The notes under the pieces: generated by a model
Databases searched by the model: none
What the model was told of the DNA's origin: nothing
What the model saw: the letters and a program-made list of their open reading frames with translations, nothing else
From: Planctomycetota bacterium
GTDB taxonomy: Bacteria; Planctomycetota; Planctomycetia; JALXBF01
DNA: 20,000 nt
NCBI GenBank assembly: GCA_026991575.1
Contig: JALXBF010000116.1
Span: forward strand, 44,495 to 64,494
Direction of reading: 5' to 3'
In this document: piece by piece, positions 18,570-20,000 of the stretch
How the letters are laid out: each line of letters opens with the position of its first letter
Numbering within the stretch: the stretch's first letter is position 1
Translations under genes and position numbers: made by a program

Positions 18570-19592
18570 TCACCCTTTGGTGCCCACGTAGTTGACCCCA
18601 CTGCCGATGATCAGGTTGTGTTCGTATGCCCAGCGGTAGAGCCGCCCGGTCTTGAGTGGGCCGAGCCGCCTGAGTTGGTGAAACCCCGCCTCTTCGTACC
18701 AGCGTCGCACCTCCTGTTCTGTGTGGTGGAACTGGTAACGGCAAGCGTACCAGTCATAGTTGTCGCAGACGCGCAGTTCGCGATCGGGATGGTTGGAGAA
18801 GTTAAACAGCTTGTTCGCTGTGGTCCGAACCAGCGGGATCACGCCCAGAATCGCCAGCCAGTGGCACACGGACTGCAGCGTGGCATCGTCCATGCGAACG
18901 GTCAAGCCGCGCAAGACGTCGTTGATCCCTTCTTGTAGCCAGGTGTTCCGGCGGTACACCCAGACGGCCAACTGGCCGCCGGGGCGCACCACACGGGCCA
19001 GCTCGCGGAACGCCCCGTGTGGATCCGGGCAGTGGTGCAGCACCCCAATGGAGAAAACAAAGTCGAATTCGTCGTCCGGAAACGGCAACGCTAGCAGATC
19101 ACCCTGAATAAAGAAGACGTTCCCATGCAGGTGGCACAGCTCGGCGGCCGCGTCTACTGCCCTGCTTCGGTCCACCCCCACCACGTACGCCCCGGCTTCA
19201 GCCACCAGGCGGCTGTAGCGACCGCTGCCACAGCCGGCATCCAGTACCTTCAAGCCCGTCAGCTCTTCGGGCTGGCGGCCGGTCTTGGCGGCAAAAACCA
19301 CGCGGTCCTCTTCGGGCCGAGCCACCCGGAAGTGCCGCCACTGCCAGCCGAAGCTCGCCGTGTATGCGTCGTCTTGCACAAACCGCGCCACGCCGCGGTC
19401 GACGGGCACCTCGTGCCCACAGTCTGAGCAGCACAACGTCGCGGTCGTGGGTCGGCCGCTGGGCCCAAAGGCCGTGATCGTCTGCCAGGAAAGCGAATCC
19501 CGGCACCGCGGGCAACGCAGGCGAACCCACTGGCATGGCAATTCGCGTTGACGCGCGCCCTGCTCGCTCAAGGCGTCGGCTCCGGTTGGCAT
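18570..19592 (-). CDS. Class I SAM-dependent methyltransferase with N-terminal Trm112-like zinc-knuckle
   Basis: LRCPRC...CSDCGHEVPVDRGVARF N-terminus, then VLDAGCGSGR, FDFVFSIGVLHH, VRPGG. The exact start is uncertain. Confidence 0.85.
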   Translation of the reverse strand: MPTGADALSEQGARQRELPCQWVRLRCPRCRDSLSWQTITAFGPSGRPTTATLCCSDCGHEVPVDRGVARFVQDDAYTASFGWQWRHFRVARPEEDRVVFAAKTGRQPEELTGLKVLDAGCGSGRYSRLVAEAGAYVVGVDRSRAVDAAAELCHLHGNVFFIQGDLLALPFPDDEFDFVFSIGVLHHCPDPHGAFRELARVVRPGGQLAVWVYRRNTWLQEGINDVLRGLTVRMDDATLQSVCHWLAILGVIPLVRTTANKLFNFSNHPDRELRVCDNYDWYACRYQFHHTEQEVRRWYEEAGFHQLRRLGPLKTGRLYRWAYEHNLIIGSGVNYVGTKG

Positions 19593-19612
19593 CGGGAAAC
19601 GAGCGCTTCAGT

Positions 19613-19641
19613 TTGACAACGCACCGAGTGCAACCTAGGTT
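19613..19641 (+). promoter_or_regulatory. Putative sigma70 promoter
   Basis: Perfect -35 TTGACA (19613-19618), 17 bp spacer, -10 TAGGTT (19636-19641). Confidence 0.6.
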
Positions 19642-19646
19642 TGCGT

Positions 19647-19812
19647 GGACGGTCAAACGACCTGCCAGTGAATGCGAACGTGTTCGGCCGTGCGGCTCGG
19701 GCCGGCCGGCTGAGCACGCTGACTTTGCCATCGAGCGCCATTTCGCATCGCGCTGGCATCCTCCACCGAGTCGGGGTTTCGTGCGGGGTTCTCTCGCACG
19801 AAACCCTTTTTT
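19647..19812 (+). ncRNA. Candidate structured non-coding RNA (sRNA or attenuated leader), family unrecognised
   Basis: Lies between a promoter and a terminator. Nested stems TGCCAGTG/CGCTGGCA, ATGCGAA/TTCGCAT, CGTGTTCGGCCG/CGGCTGAGCACG and apical CGGC-TCGG-GCCG. G-U pairs favour the + strand. Confidence 0.5.
19774..19812 (+). terminator. Rho-independent terminator
   Basis: GGGTTTCGTGCGGG-GTTCT-CTCGCACGAAACCC followed by TTTTTT: 12 perfect bp plus 2 more including one G-U. Confidence 0.85.
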
Positions 19813-19947
19813 GTGTCTCGCAGCCCGTCCCGGTTGCCGGCATGGGGCAAGCCTGGCGACGGCTGAAGTCTCTAGAATTACCGTTGCGCCGCGTCCCGCA
19901 GTGGGCTGCGCGCATGTCAAGATCGGTTTGGGGCTGGAGATTTCAGC

Positions 19948-20000
19948 ATGAACCGTTACGCCACTCTGGCTGACCGCTACGGCATCCATGTCGGCCTGCG
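19948..20000 (+). CDS. Possible 5' end of a gene running off the window (MNRYATLADRYGIHVGL...)
   Basis: GGAGA RBS at 19936-19940, ATG 7 nt later, frame open to the window end. Too short to identify. Confidence 0.4.
   Translation, partial: MNRYATLADRYGIHVGL

Noticed and set aside
19672..19713. Mini-ORF MRTCSAVRLGPAG as an attenuator leader peptide
   Set aside because: No RBS and no run of regulatory codons; the ATG is buried in a stem.
19630..19735. GGCAAA...ACGCAAA on the minus strand resembling a c-di-GMP-I riboswitch upstream of the methyltransferase
   Set aside because: Spacing is too long, there is no GNRA-capped P2, and the stems become A-C mismatched on that strand.
19764..19774. CACCGAGTCGG resembles the 3' hairpin of the SpCas9 tracrRNA
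   Set aside because: Only 11 nt, the hairpin is not completed, and there are no cas genes or CRISPR repeats in the window.
19198..19989. 263-aa minus-strand ORF and many other overlapping or antisense ORFs
   Set aside because: Arg/Ala/Pro-rich shadow ORFs typical of high-GC DNA, overlapping well-supported genes.

Overview
GC-rich bacterial chromosomal window, densely coding and mostly housekeeping. The gene mix (large FG-GAP repeat protein, tRNA-Gly-tig-clpP-clpP, FHA protein, LpxL-type acyltransferase) suggests Planctomycetota, but that is inference. Gene order: 5'-truncated FG-GAP repeat protein (+); hypothetical membrane protein, lipid A-type acyltransferase, Gfo/Idh/MocA oxidoreductase, tyrS (all -); CPBP protease (+); clpP, clpP, tig, tRNA-Gly(GCC) (-); FHA protein (+); aldose 1-epimerase (-); murA (+); tilS (-); rpmE, prfA, prmC (+); Trm112-like/class I methyltransferase (-). 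No mobile element, CRISPR array or clear defence system was found. The most interesting unexplained signal is at 19613-19812: a near-consensus sigma70 promoter, a ~120-nt highly structured non-coding segment and a strong intrinsic terminator on the + strand with no gene between them. This is a candidate sRNA or an attenuator/riboswitch-like leader for a gene starting near 19948.
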